Both the position numbers and the translations under genes were made by a program. The notes below the pieces were generated by a model that was not told where the DNA came from, searched no databases, and saw nothing but the letters and a program-made list of their open reading frames with translations. DNA of 64,000 nt from Balanoglossus misakiensis (taxonomy: Eukaryota; Animalia; Hemichordata). Where the stretch lies: positions 2,702,760-2,766,759 of the forward strand of contig CM082576.2 in NCBI GenBank assembly GCA_040954595.2. The letters are read 5' to 3'. Shown one piece after another: positions 53,801 through 64,000 of this stretch; position 1 is the first letter of the stretch, and the number at the start of each line of letters is the position of its first letter.

Positions 53801-55045
53801 AGTGACAATTCTGTGTCATGTGTACATTCTGGCCACACCAATCAGTGCCCGTTGCTCATTCTGAAAGTCTGGCAGGGGTACTGTGGAGGTCTCATCCTTT
53901 GACAGATAAAATTTATTTTTGGAGACAAACTTTTTAACCTGCATTCTCCTATTTTCACCAGAGATGGCAGTATACAGGAAGAAGACGGAGAAGCTGAAGC
54001 AGCTAGGTTGAACTTGACAGCACCTGGTCAAGTACGTTTCAAAGCTTTGGTGTTGTTAGTTTATGTCCTAAAGACCATTCACTGATCAATTGTGTATTGG
54101 TCACAAATTAAACACAGATTACTGTATCTTGACAGTGGGGTCACTATTTTCAGTTGTGATTTCTTGGGGGCCAACTCAGACTACATAAAGACAATAGAAC
54201 ACTCATAAAATCTCTGATTTTGCTTTGTGTAGATCAGAAGTGAAAAAGTGCCTTCCATCTCACTCGACAAAGTTGATGAAGGACAAGGAGAAAGTGGCAA
54301 AGGTAAGATCAACCCTTGTGCAGATGACTTTCTTTCCGAATGATATTGCGGGTTCCTGCTTGGTCACTCCACAAGTGGATGTGACCGTGGTTCCTGACAG
54401 AAAGTCATCTGCGACCGCTCACCGTTTGTGACCATTTCCATCATGTCTGAGGTGCACCTCGACCATGAGAATTACACGGTGAACTTTGATTGGCCAAGTG
54501 TGCTGTACACTAGGTACATGAGAGCATTTCATAAGACTGATGATCATTACTCTCTCCGAAGTAATACTGCAGTTGTACTTTTCATTTTCAGAAAACTCGG
54601 GGAGGAAAGAAAGTGGGGAGATGCCATCGTGGATGATGAAATTTGCCGAGACTCACAACATCAGCGTGACGGAAGATGTCAAAATGGAAAAACCGAGTGA
54701 AGAAAATGAGGAGTATGTTGTCTTTACTTTTTGTCATTGTGTGGGAATCAAAATACTAGTGGATTAATGTGAAGATTCTTTTTGATGTGAAAGAAGTATT
54801 TTTTGAATTCATGAATATTTCAGAGCATGTGTATGTCGGTGAAAGAATTGTGCTGTCAGATCTGTTTAGTTTGAGGCAATGATAGCGCCATCACTGGTCA
54901 AACTCCAAATTTCTGCTGTTTTCCCTGGCGGTTTAATTTTTCAAACATGGGACATCAGTTCCTAGATTTAATCATTTTTTGACTTCTATTACCTCACAGA
55001 CAATCGCTACCAGGAAAAACCAATATCCAGACAACAGAGCTGTGA
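41813..55045 (+). CDS. Atypical two-pore channel (TPC)-like cation channel with linker EF-hands and a C-terminal SH3 domain (~1156 aa, 31 coding exons)
   Basis: Exons, all GT-AG and phase-consistent, summing to 3471 nt: 41813-42163, 44863-45008, 45209-45310, 45620-45745, 45854-45926, 47082-47192, 47487-47626, 47801-47867, 48183-48304, 48523-48673, 48876-49013, 49208-49311, 49632-49722, 49908-50108, 50338-50414, 50585-50695, 50959-51022, 51205-51281, 51503-51602, 51757-51813, 52088-52135, 52284-52325 (or 52346), 52550-52741, 52877-53059, 53182-53361, 53488-53553, 53722-53765, 53962-54031, 54233-54302, 54592-54712, 55000-55045. TPC hallmarks: N-terminal LAAAHIDDAINGR, IS1 LIFFEPP, IS4 PFRCLR, pore I LFVLLTTENYP-AFILPGY, IS6 LAIMLAVIVDGY, IIS5 FSVVGWELF, pore II FQVMTTSNWHEIM, IIS6 MNIFVAIAIEAF. 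An in-frame TGA at 41756 supports the ATG at 41813. Junctions in the tail are less certain than those in the channel core. Confidence 0.88.
48523..49013 (+). other. EF-hand pair in the interdomain linker of the TPC-like channel
   Basis: Degenerate loop AWNLL-DPLGAGILERSD and canonical loop YL-DGNDDGHIDSFE-W (48915-48950; D1, N3, D5, G6, I8, D9, E12). Confidence 0.85.
52655..52948 (+). other. SH3 domain split over two exons of the TPC-like channel
   Basis: The spliced translation KIIVMTAFKADRENEIDLNVGEEVNVMEK|RNDWLLGSVGEKTGWLPASHVREM aligns with the SH3 pattern (ALYDY-A---DELSF--GD-I-V----WW-G----G-FP-NYV). Confidence 0.85.
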
Positions 55046-56222
55046 AGAAACATGACATCCAGTGTGTCGCTGGTAAAGGAGGTGTCAGAGGGTCACTCTT
55101 CCCGAGCAATATGACATCCACCTAGTGTTCATAGAAACACACACATCTCTCAGGTCTCTCTTGGAAGTATTGGTAAAACGTCCCAGAATGCACCTCTCAC
55201 ATGGTTATTCAGGAATGCCCAGTAGCATATCACAATCATCAGTCGATAATCAATGTCACCTCCGCCAGTCGGTTCGTGGTGGATTCAGACAATGAAACAT
55301 TCCTGTTTATCTTCTGAGTGTAGGAAATTCTGGACCAAGCATGTGGAGATGATTCCTGTCGAGTGCTCCAAGTTAAGTAATTGATAAATTTCAATGATGT
55401 TCATCTTGTGAATAATCATTTAGACACATTCCATGAATTCAAATGCAAATAATTTTTCTACTTAACATTTTGAAAGAATACATCATATATCAATCCTTAA
55501 GAATGTAAACATTTTAACGTTTTTAATGAATTTATTACAGTAACTCATGTGCAATTGTTTTTTTTTTATTTTTAAAATGTAAGAGCAAATGCTAAAACGT
55601 ATCATTTTATTTTGAAAACAATTTAATTTTTTAATTGAGAATATGAAATAAAGGAAGAAATAAAATAAATGTTAACATTTTCTAAATATGCATTTTCAAT
55701 AAAATAATTTACCGCACTCTAGAAATTATTACACAAGCAGGTTTATGATGAATCTGGATTGATACATGCAGTTTCCACCCTGCTGTGATTGCCAAGGGGG
55801 CAACTATGCTGAACAAACCACACACACTTCCAAGAACTGGATTGAACTGGTCGAGCAAACCTTTGTTTTATTGTCTAAAGTGACAATGGGATGGACAGAG
55901 TATAAACTTTCAAAATTATTACAATTTCAGTACAGTTTTATCAAAAATTTTCAACAATATAAAAAAGTGATGATCACATGATCCTCGAGATCTGAGTGAA
56001 ATTATTTCATCAATGCAGTGGAAGATTTGCTTGAAGCTGGCAGTGACTGCGTATGAAAAAGGCAATAGTTGACATTGTGTAACCATTTTTTTCATATATA
56101 TTTCAATTCCAACATCAATTGGCTATTATAAAAAAAAAAGACTGAAATATGAAAGAAGTCTGTTTCCAAGTCCCTGGGGAACAAACATTTTTCGTGTTGT
56201 CGGTTGTTGCGAACGACGGCCA

Positions 56223-59200
56223 TCACCTTCTCTTGGTTCTTCGTCCTGAACGCGTTGTCGGTGTGCGACTCCTGCTGTGGTTGCTGGTGTCCGAGACATC
56301 AGTACAACTCTCGCACGCCCATTTCCCTGCAAGAGGTGAAAAAGGTCAATAATGTTGAATCAGGGTACAACAGAGATCGAGGTCACAATGTACAGGTTTG
56401 ACAAATACTGAACAAGTACCGGTAGTTGGTGACATAAAACTTGAGGTCACTGTACACATGCACATACATGATCATGCAGTGTAGAAAAATGACCTTTCCG
56501 GGGTGAGGAATGTATCCAAGTTGTGACCTGCACTGTGATCAGCAAACGATAGTTGTCCTGTGTTTCTATGCCACTTACTTGTCTGAAGTATAAAAATACG
56601 CGTGAAGGAAAAGAAAAGAAAAGTATGGGTACCTGTTGGAATGCTCTTAAGTCCCACACAGAAAGTATGGTATCCTCTGTCACACTCGTCACAAAACATC
56701 ATCTTGTCCTGCGAGTTATAAAAAGAAGGGTCAGAGTTCAAAAGGCAAAGGTGAAATATCAAATGCAAAAAGCTGAAGGTGTTTTTGAGAAACACTGGAA
56801 CTAGGTATGTCTGCACTGAAGTAAATAAGCTGTTTCGCACAAAAGGTGCATTGGAGGTTTGATGACTGTGTGACAAGGCTTGCTGTTTTTTATTTGGAAA
56901 GTTCATCACTTTGAAATTTGCCAGCAGTCTCTACATGGGACTCACCTCGTGTGTAGGATCACCGCAGAGTGTACAGGTCTTGCATTCCATGCACTGCCAC
57001 GGATACGTCTTGATCACCTTCACCAGGTCGTCACTCATTTCCAGACATGTTGGATGACCTGAAATCCAGTTTGTGAGTTTTAAAGTCAGATGATTTTAAG
57101 TCGAAATGTGGAGGCATTGTGGTCTAACGGCAAGGGTATCAAATTTGCTATTGCAGGATTGTAGGTTCGACACCTAGACATGGTTGTGGATTCATTATCA
57201 GAGAATGGGGAGTTTTTGAGACCTGGACATATGGCCATGATGGGCATATCATATGAGGTTTTGCTCTTGAACAGCCTTCAAATGGTTTTAAAATGCATGA
57301 AGAGAATTTCAGTGGTTGTGTATGCAAGTACGTGAAGAATCCATGCCGCGTTGTAGACACTACAAAGGATTTGATCAACAACTCACCGCTGTTGTCGCAC
57401 TGCGAGCAGTGAACCAAGATTTCCTGGAAACCCTTCTTGTTCGACTGCTCGCCCTTCAGGCAGATCCCACATATTGCATCCGGAATATCCTTAGCCTGCT
57501 CATGAAGAAAAAAGATGGACATTTAGTGAAGGAGTCCCCAAAAATACCTGTAAGAGGGATGGCTGTTGTGATGTCTACACAGTACTGTAACACACAACTC
57601 AGATTACATCAGGCACCCAGAACTTTCCTAGTGAATGGAACACTTTTCAGCTCTGTTGCATAATACCACTGGTCGTGTTTTCTCGTACACTGTGCTGGGC
57701 GAATGACTTCACATGCACACATCACTGCACTGATGGTAAACAACATGTAATGTGTGATTCATGTTTCATGCGATGTGCACAATGCTACCAGTAAAGTTTT
57801 TTTCCTTTTGTTTAATGATACATTACCTATACACCACAGGTAATACTCAGCACCATACAACATGTTTCATGAAAAACAAGACTCGATGGCAAGGTTTGCG
57901 ACAGAGACGGGGCATGCTGATGAAGGGAACAACAGCAGTGAGGCTGATGTCAGAGGTGAAAGGTCAAAGGTGACCACACGCGCACAGCCACAGGAACAAC
58001 ATTTGCAGACATGACACGACAGCTTACACACAACATAGGGACTTTAAGTACACAACACAAAGCACAAGTCAGCAGCGCTGGCGGAAGGTTAAACAGGGAA
58101 TTTTTTTTTTCTTTGAAAGAAAAATGAAGAAGGTAACAAAGTCCAAGGTGTAAAAGGGAAAGATTTGGACACCTCTTTGTTGACTGTGTCCTCCTCCTTC
58201 GCCTTCTCATCCTCAGTATCCTGCTCACCCTGCTCAGCAGGCTGTGACTGCGTTGCGTGTTACAACGGCAACAATTCAAAGAAAAAAAAGACAGAAGAAA
58301 GAGAAGAGAATCAATAAATATTTATACATTAATATTTAAAAGCTGGGGGGGGGGGGTAAAATCACTCTAGGCTTGAAAATCTCTCAAGCAGGTGAACAGA
58401 TTGTTGTTGCCCGCTTCCAAATTGTTGGACAAAATGCAAATTTTGGAAATTTTCTCATGTGTTTGGGGTTGCCCTGTCAAAGAGGTTGCCTGCCATTTTG
58501 TTGGCTGCCAGCCAAGTCTTTGGTTTTATTCAAGAGAGCTGGGGGAGCTTTCCACTGCTGGCTCTCACCTCATTGGCTAACAGTTCTGACTTCGACTGGA
58601 AAGAAATCTAAGATCAGAGAATTTGTCAAGCCATGTGATACTGGAAGAAAATGAAACAGTTTCCTGCAGTATGAGTCTTTTAGAGCTGTAATGTCAGAAT
58701 GTTTTTTTAGGACAATAAGATTTGAGTCCAGTTGGTATAGTTTTCAGTTGTGTCATCAGAGCGACTTTAAAAAAAGGAAACCAAGTCCTTTTCCCCCAAC
58801 ATGGAAGATCAGCTAAATCTAACAACTCTGACTAAACAGCTTTAAAGTTTCAGATTTGTTAACTCACAATAGGTGAGGTATTAAGTCTCAGAAACCTGAT
58901 GTCAGTATAAAGTTCAATAATACTATTGACTGTTAATTTGAGATAATTTTAGTTATTTCTATTGTATGAGCAGACTTAAGTATAATTGAATACAGTTTAA
59001 GAAAGTATAAACAAGTAGAAAGAAACACCATTCTTCTGGGGTTTGGTGTACATCTGTTTCACCTTATATCCCTTCTTGCTCTGTTTGTTTGCTTTATCTG
59101 ACTCGTTTTCGGCATCAGATTCTTTGGAGCCACTCTCACTGCCACTGCTGCTGTCAGATCCAGATCCATCACTTGATTCACTGTCCTGATGATGAATGTA

Positions 59201-62200
59201 AAAATTGAGCGAGACAGAGTGAGAATGAAATGTTGATTTTAACATGTTCTACCTTTTACACGAACACAACAGCAGATTGGCTGTAACAAAATGGCCACTA
59301 TATAGAGGCGGCCACTAACACAGGTTTGACTGTAATACACAAAAGCACATGTACTTGACCTCTGATGTCAATTTCAGTACCATATTTGGAATTGGAAAGT
59401 GTTCCTCATTACCTCTGCACTGCTATCTACTGACGAGTCCTCTGACTCAACCAAAGCTCCTGGAGGCAACTCATTGGCTGAAACAGGCGGACCATACACA
59501 GCTGTGTTCAACGGAAAGTATTTCATTTCATCTGACGAGTACCTGGTCAAGAAGAGATAAATAAACTGGTTTACGATAAAGCAAACAAGTAAAAATGTGC
59601 TATAAATCAAAGGGAAGTTAAGAGAGATGAAAATATTTGAAATTGTGCTGTGAAACTATATCTTCGCCATAGAATCCAACTTGGCTAAAATGTTAGGAAA
59701 TGGGAATTCTTACACTACTTACTTTCGGTAATATTCCTGGAACTGACCGGGAATCAACATCACAGGGTATGCTCCGACTTTGGTCTCTTCTTTTGGCAGT
59801 TTTAACATTTTGCCCTGAGGTACGTGCACAATCTGGGACAAACACAAACAACAGTATTTGGGATTCTAGTATTGTGAGTAAGTGATGAATCACCAGTTGT
59901 AAACATTGTAAACAGAGGGACCTAAAGCTTGCTGGGGGAGGGTCCCACAGCCTGATACGATGAAAAAGTGAACTCACCGAAGTCTGCAAATCGAAGTATG
60001 CCTGTCTTTCTTCTCGTCTATCTCTGTTGAACAGCATATTGTACTCTGATGCCTGCTTCACCGCCTTTTTGATATACTCTTTGATTTTACTGGCATCAAC
60101 AGCAGGCTGCAATGAAAGTCATAAACTTATACAGATATGTCTCTGTGAGTATTCTGGGAGATTTTCTTGTTCAAATTTAGTAATGAAGAGATATATCAAA
60201 TCGTATCACAGCATGCTACATCACTGCTCACCACTTCATACTCTTTGTGTTTCTCTGTTATACTGAGTCTTTCTCTCTCGTGCAGCACGGCCGCATAGTC
60301 CTTGTATTTCTCTGGGTAGTCCTTGGCCATCAAGTCCAACACTTCATCCGTCTTCAAAGCCGTCAAACCTGAAACGCACAAAAGAGTCACCAGACAATTC
60401 ATTTCACGACACTAACTTTATTCAGAATTTTCCATTTCAATGTTGATAGCAAGGAAATTATTACTGTTATTACCAGGTAACCTTACCTATCATGGTTGAT
60501 TTGTCAAATGGGTTCACACATATTCTCCAATTTGGAGGTTTGCTGACTACATTGTCTTTTTCACCCAAATTCCCAGTTCTGATCTAATCTGATCTGCAGT
60601 GGTGAATTGAATTACATGTAGTCCATAATACAGAAGCACTCAGACAAAATTACACAGACCTGCTTAAATTGAAACCTTAATCTTACGACCTTGATGAAAT
60701 TATTCCCTTGAACTTCATTCTTACCTAGATTTACTTGCATTTCAGTCACTGCCCCCTTTTCACGAAGATAGTTCCTTTCCTTCATGTCCAATTCTCTCCT
60801 CTCCAGATCTGTTGAAAAGCAAAGACATAATTTTTTACGATAGCACCAGTCCAAGCTGAATCAAGACAGAGAGACGATTTTTGCACTCTATAATTTCCTG
60901 CTTTGCCTTGACTGTCTTTGTTTAATCATGTGTTTCAGAATCATTATTTCTTTGGGGAAATGGCTACAGACAGATTGATTGCTAAGGTTGTGTGATAGGT
61001 TTGTGACAACATATATGTGTAAGTGTGAATTTTCCGGCCAAATAAGTTGCTGGGTCATCATTCATGTTGACATGTTGATGATTTATAAACACCATTCACC
61101 AACCTGGGTATTTTCTCTTGAAAGACTTGACTCCCAAAAATTCACTGACTTGCTCTTGCAGCATGTACATTTCGCTGTCTTTACAATTCGGCGGCCAATG
61201 GTATTCAGAGAGATTCTCTGCCGGAAAGAATGTGTCACTAAAAAAAGGAAGATGTATGTAAAGTTAAATGTGTCATTGCGATGTGGCAAATGTTTACAAA
61301 TAATCAAGGAGGCCTAAACATTACTTACAATGTAGGCATTTAATGCCAACCGAATGCCTATACCAATCACTCTGTAGGAATGCATTTTTGAACATGTTGC
61401 ATAAAATTCCACATTCAAGACTGCGAATATGGTATCAGTCCTTTTAGTGTGTCTGTAATGATCTCAAATTACTTACCCGGCGGGCACCTCATCGCCTAAA
61501 TCGCTACTTTTATTGCTTTCACGGGATCCTGTTCTGCGTCGCTTAGCTGGCATGCGCGGTTCATCGCCCAAATCAATGCAATCAACATCTTTCTGTAGTT
61601 AAAGAAAATAATCCTAATGAACAATACAGGTACAAATTATGTGTACATGGTGAAACAATCCCAAAACATTTTTTTTACCATATGTGTGTGGTACATCATA
61701 TGTGTTATCTTACTGTATACAGTTTATGAGAGGCCTCTACAAGGTATGACCACACTCCACTAAAATTCAGACAATTCAGACATGTTTCAAAGCCAGAACT
61801 CAATAGACGTATATGAAAAATCAAGCATGTTTTAACAATGCTGCACTAACAAGGTCAAAGTGATCTGTCTTTCCATAGATTTCTGACCAAATTAGGTATG
61901 AAATTTGCTTTATTTTTTTGTCAAAATTACACCCGTTTCTATGGTGACAAAAACATTTCAATGATAGTCTAGAAAGGTGCTGATGCAATTTACACTACAA
62001 CTACGTCAAAATCACCATGGTAACAAATCATCAGATGAATAGTGAGGAAACCTTTTTGAATGATACATGTTCTATTCTTTCCCACAGGAAAGAACAGAAT
62101 ACTAGTAATTGAGAAAGAAAAAAAATATGCTATTCAATAAATAGATGGGTCAAATACACACAAAGTGTGTGAGAATATTGACCACATACGGGCTTGGCAA

Positions 62201-62563
62201 TGACTGTGCACACCATCTTCGCTCGCCAAAGTCTTGCTCGGGAGACTGTAGTGTGGTCGAGCCAACGACCCGTGCGAGCGGACGATGGTGCACACGTCTA
62301 GCGAACTTCTCCATCATCAGTCGCCGCGCCGATCACAGTGGTCGCCGCGCCGGCCGGTGAGGTGTAAACAACAAAAGATCCTACTTGCACTCGAAAGGCT
62401 CAAATGACAATCCCAGCATTGTTCCATAAATACATCAAACAACGACGGAAAATCGCAAAATATTCCACCACCCAACGACAGACCGATATATTTGTATCAG
62501 TGCGTGCACTGCGTCGAAAAAAATACAATTAACGTATCCTACCTGGAGTACGGTGGTCGCCAT
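56223..62563 (-). CDS. PHF10: PHD finger protein 10 (BAF45A, PBAF chromatin-remodelling subunit), ~495 aa, 15 coding exons
   Basis: Exons: 62563-62543 (MATTVLQ), 61592-61477, 61237-61104, 60808-60725, 60368-60232, 60106-59978, 59832-59723, 59542-59413, 59185-59063, 58595-58569, 58247-58173, 57495-57387, 57058-56946, 56708-56633, 56326-56223 (sum 1488 nt). SAY-domain motifs ([75 protein letters not shown]) and the double PHD finger (AICGICLKG...[14 protein letters not shown]...[11 protein letters not shown]...[18 protein letters not shown]...GKWACESC) closely match vertebrate PHF10. The two small linker exons are less certain. Confidence 0.95.
57111..57185 (+). mobile_element. Degenerate tRNA-like sequence (probable SINE head or tRNA pseudogene) in a PHF10 intron
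   Basis: A-box TGGTCTAACGG (57120-57130) and B-box GGTTCGACACC (57164-57174), with a T-arm TAGG-TTCGACA-CCTA. The anticodon and acceptor stems do not pair well. Confidence 0.45.
59291..59334 (-). mobile_element. Probable terminal remnant of a Tc1/mariner/pogo-type MITE
   Basis: The minus strand reads TA-CAGTCAAACCTGTGTTAGTGGCCGCCTCTATATAGTGGCC. The TA plus CAGT terminus and the repeated AGTGGCC motif resemble pogo-like TIRs. No matching second end was seen. Confidence 0.4.
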
Positions 62564-63027
62564 TTTCACTGAGCGTCGTCGATTACTTCACTTAAAATTA
62601 GCTTGCGATTCAGATTGCTGTCAGCGTTCTCTTCGGATGGAGGCATTGCACTTGGTTCAGACTTCCCTCCCTCGCCACTACTCTCAAATAATTCAACCAG
62701 GTACCGTAGACAACAATGAGATAAACTTTTCCTTGACTGTTGGAACCTTGCCACAGATAATTGATAAATACACTAAAGTTATCGACACTATCTTTACCCG
62801 AATGCGAATCTGAAACCTATGTAGCAAAATCATAAATATCATGCTCATTTCGCTTTGTTTCCGCATGTTCCATGTAAATATCAACACGCTAATAAGAACG
62901 AGCTGATCACGAGTGTCATTTTAATTTTGGAAAAACTTCATTCCACGTGAAACTAGTACAATACAATGAAGCAATTTAATCATCAGTAAAAAATACCATA
63001 AAATGAAATGAAATTCATAAAAACATA

Positions 63028-63078
63028 AATCAATCAATCAATCAATCAATCAACCAACCAACCAACCAACCAACCAAC

Positions 63079-63108
<30 letters not shown>
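63028..63108. repeat. Compound tetranucleotide microsatellite (AATC)n-(AACC)n-(AATC)n
   Basis: Read directly from the sequence, between the CNTD1 3' end and the PHF10 promoter. Confidence 0.95.
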
Positions 63109-63109
<1 letters not shown>

Positions 63110-63455
63110 AAGTATCAGATTGATGTGAGCTTGGCCAAAGGACATTTTATTACATTTTCTCCATAACTTACAATAAGAACAAACTACAACGCAACTAAAT
63201 ACATTAAGGAAAGTTTGTTGTTGTGTGAAAACATTTCATTTTCTGTTACCAATATCAAGTAATCATCGTGGCAATTGCACAGACTTGTTTCTTATAAATA
63301 AATTATTTAAATATCATAAAATAATTTCTTAATAAATAATTGTTACAAATATAATAAATATATCAAAAAAACTTTTCATTGTACTGTGTGGGATCTTTGC
63401 ACATCTGATAGAATGATGGGAGTCAACTTTCAAAAGTCTGATGCACGTGATATTT

Positions 63456-64000
63456 TTAAGATGACTTGGTTCCTCTGGCCAATACACACTCCTGGATCAG
63501 TATGTTGGAAAAATCAAGAATGTCTTCACAGGGAATTCGTGTAATTTTAGCAATGTGCTCAACCACTCTTTGCAGCAAATCTTGATCAATGATGTAGGTT
63601 GCTGCTCCAATGACAGCAACTGCCAGAAACATCAAGTCTTGTTCAACAGTTGCAAACTGCTCCAGATCTTCTTCTGAGACATCCATGCTGTTGGTGGCGA
63701 GAGCACGCAGTTTGCCATACACTGCCTGCCTCTCCAGGATTGTCACATCCAGAACATCCAGGCAGGTGGCGTGTAGCACCTTCACATTTGCGCAGTTATC
63801 GTTGTAGCCAAGAATTTCCAAAAGGGCTTCAATATAGGTGAGTGCTGAAGTAGACGGCACTTGGAAATCCAGTGTTTTGAGGATGCTGAGTTCAGAAAGC
63901 AGGATACTGTCAGTTGTATATCTGTGGCCAGCCTCTGATAAAAAGCGCTGGCACTTTCTCAGTGTTAGAACCTTGCTGTGAGAACACAGTTTGCTTGCGA
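63456..64000 (-). CDS. CNTD1: Cyclin N-terminal domain-containing protein 1 (CNTD1/COSA-1 family meiotic crossover factor); 3' portion, 5' end beyond the right edge
   Basis: The frame is open from the window edge: ASKLCSHSKVLTLRKCQRFLSEAGHRYTTDSILLSELSILKTLDFQVPSTSALTYIEALLEILGYND...LHATCLDVLD...EQFATVEQDLMFLAVAVIGAA...VVEHIAKITRIP. This matches recalled CNTD1 motifs (ASKL, SEL-VLK-L-F, YVETLLEVLGYN, LHATCL, EDFMLLAVGII). A minus-strand AATAAA lies at 63151-63146. Confidence 0.9.
   Translation of the reverse strand, partial: ASKLCSHSKVLTLRKCQRFLSEAGHRYTTDSILLSELSILKTLDFQVPSTSALTYIEALLEILGYNDNCANVKVLHATCLDVLDVTILERQAVYGKLRALATNSMDVSEEDLEQFATVEQDLMFLAVAVIGAATYIIDQDLLQRVVEHIAKITRIPCEDILDFSNILIQECVLARGTKSS

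Noticed and set aside
54225-54431. ORF-track frame SEVKKCLPSHSTKLM for channel exon 54233-54302
   Set aside because: I preferred the frame IRSEKVPSISLDKVDEGQGESGK. It uses the stronger upstream donor (gtacgt at 54032) and leads into the ENSGRKESGEMPSW frame, which stays open to the next donor.
41813-55045. Assigning a TPCN1/2/3, CatSper or Cav/Nav gene symbol to the channel
   Set aside because: Two domains exclude single-domain CatSper and four-domain Cav/Nav. The filters, S4 and tail differ from TPCN1-3, so orthology cannot be assigned without a phylogeny.
57111-57185. Functional tRNA gene
   Set aside because: A and B boxes are present but the acceptor and anticodon stems are broken, so it is kept only as a SINE-like or pseudogene remnant.
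57548-57584. Extra PHF10 micro-exon before the PHD exons
   Set aside because: It would need a ~50-nt intron and is not required to maintain phase.
1-64000. CRISPR arrays, operons, rRNA genes or autonomous transposon ORFs
   Set aside because: None were seen. The sequence is eukaryotic with spliceosomal introns, and no transposase or reverse transcriptase motifs were recognised.

Overview
This is AT-rich, intron-rich animal genomic DNA, not prokaryotic. Gene content and style suggest an invertebrate deuterostome such as a hemichordate or echinoderm, but that is an inference. Most ORF-track entries are spurious or are exon fragments, so the genes were rebuilt by hand from GT-AG splice sites with consistent phases. 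Five protein-coding genes were found. (1) The 5' end of a fuseless-family paralog on the minus strand, running off the left edge (1-226), which the ORF track misses. (2) A complete fuseless-family gene on the minus strand (3 coding exons, 424 aa, with a 15.4-kb intron). (3) Head-to-head with it, a plus-strand gene of 31 coding exons (~1156 aa) encoding an atypical two-pore-channel (TPC)-like protein. (4) PHF10/BAF45A on the minus strand (15 coding exons, ~495 aa). (5) The 3' part of CNTD1 on the minus strand, running off the right edge. The most interesting item is the TPC-like channel. It has two 6TM domains, non-canonical filters (TTEN and TTSN), a canonical EF-hand in the linker, a nearly charge-free domain-II S4, and no polybasic PI(3,5)P2 linker. 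It also has an N-terminal dileucine motif and a long tail containing an SH3 domain and ending in a PDZ-type ligand. It appears to share a ~0.9-kb divergent promoter with fuseless. No database searches were possible, so novelty is unverified.
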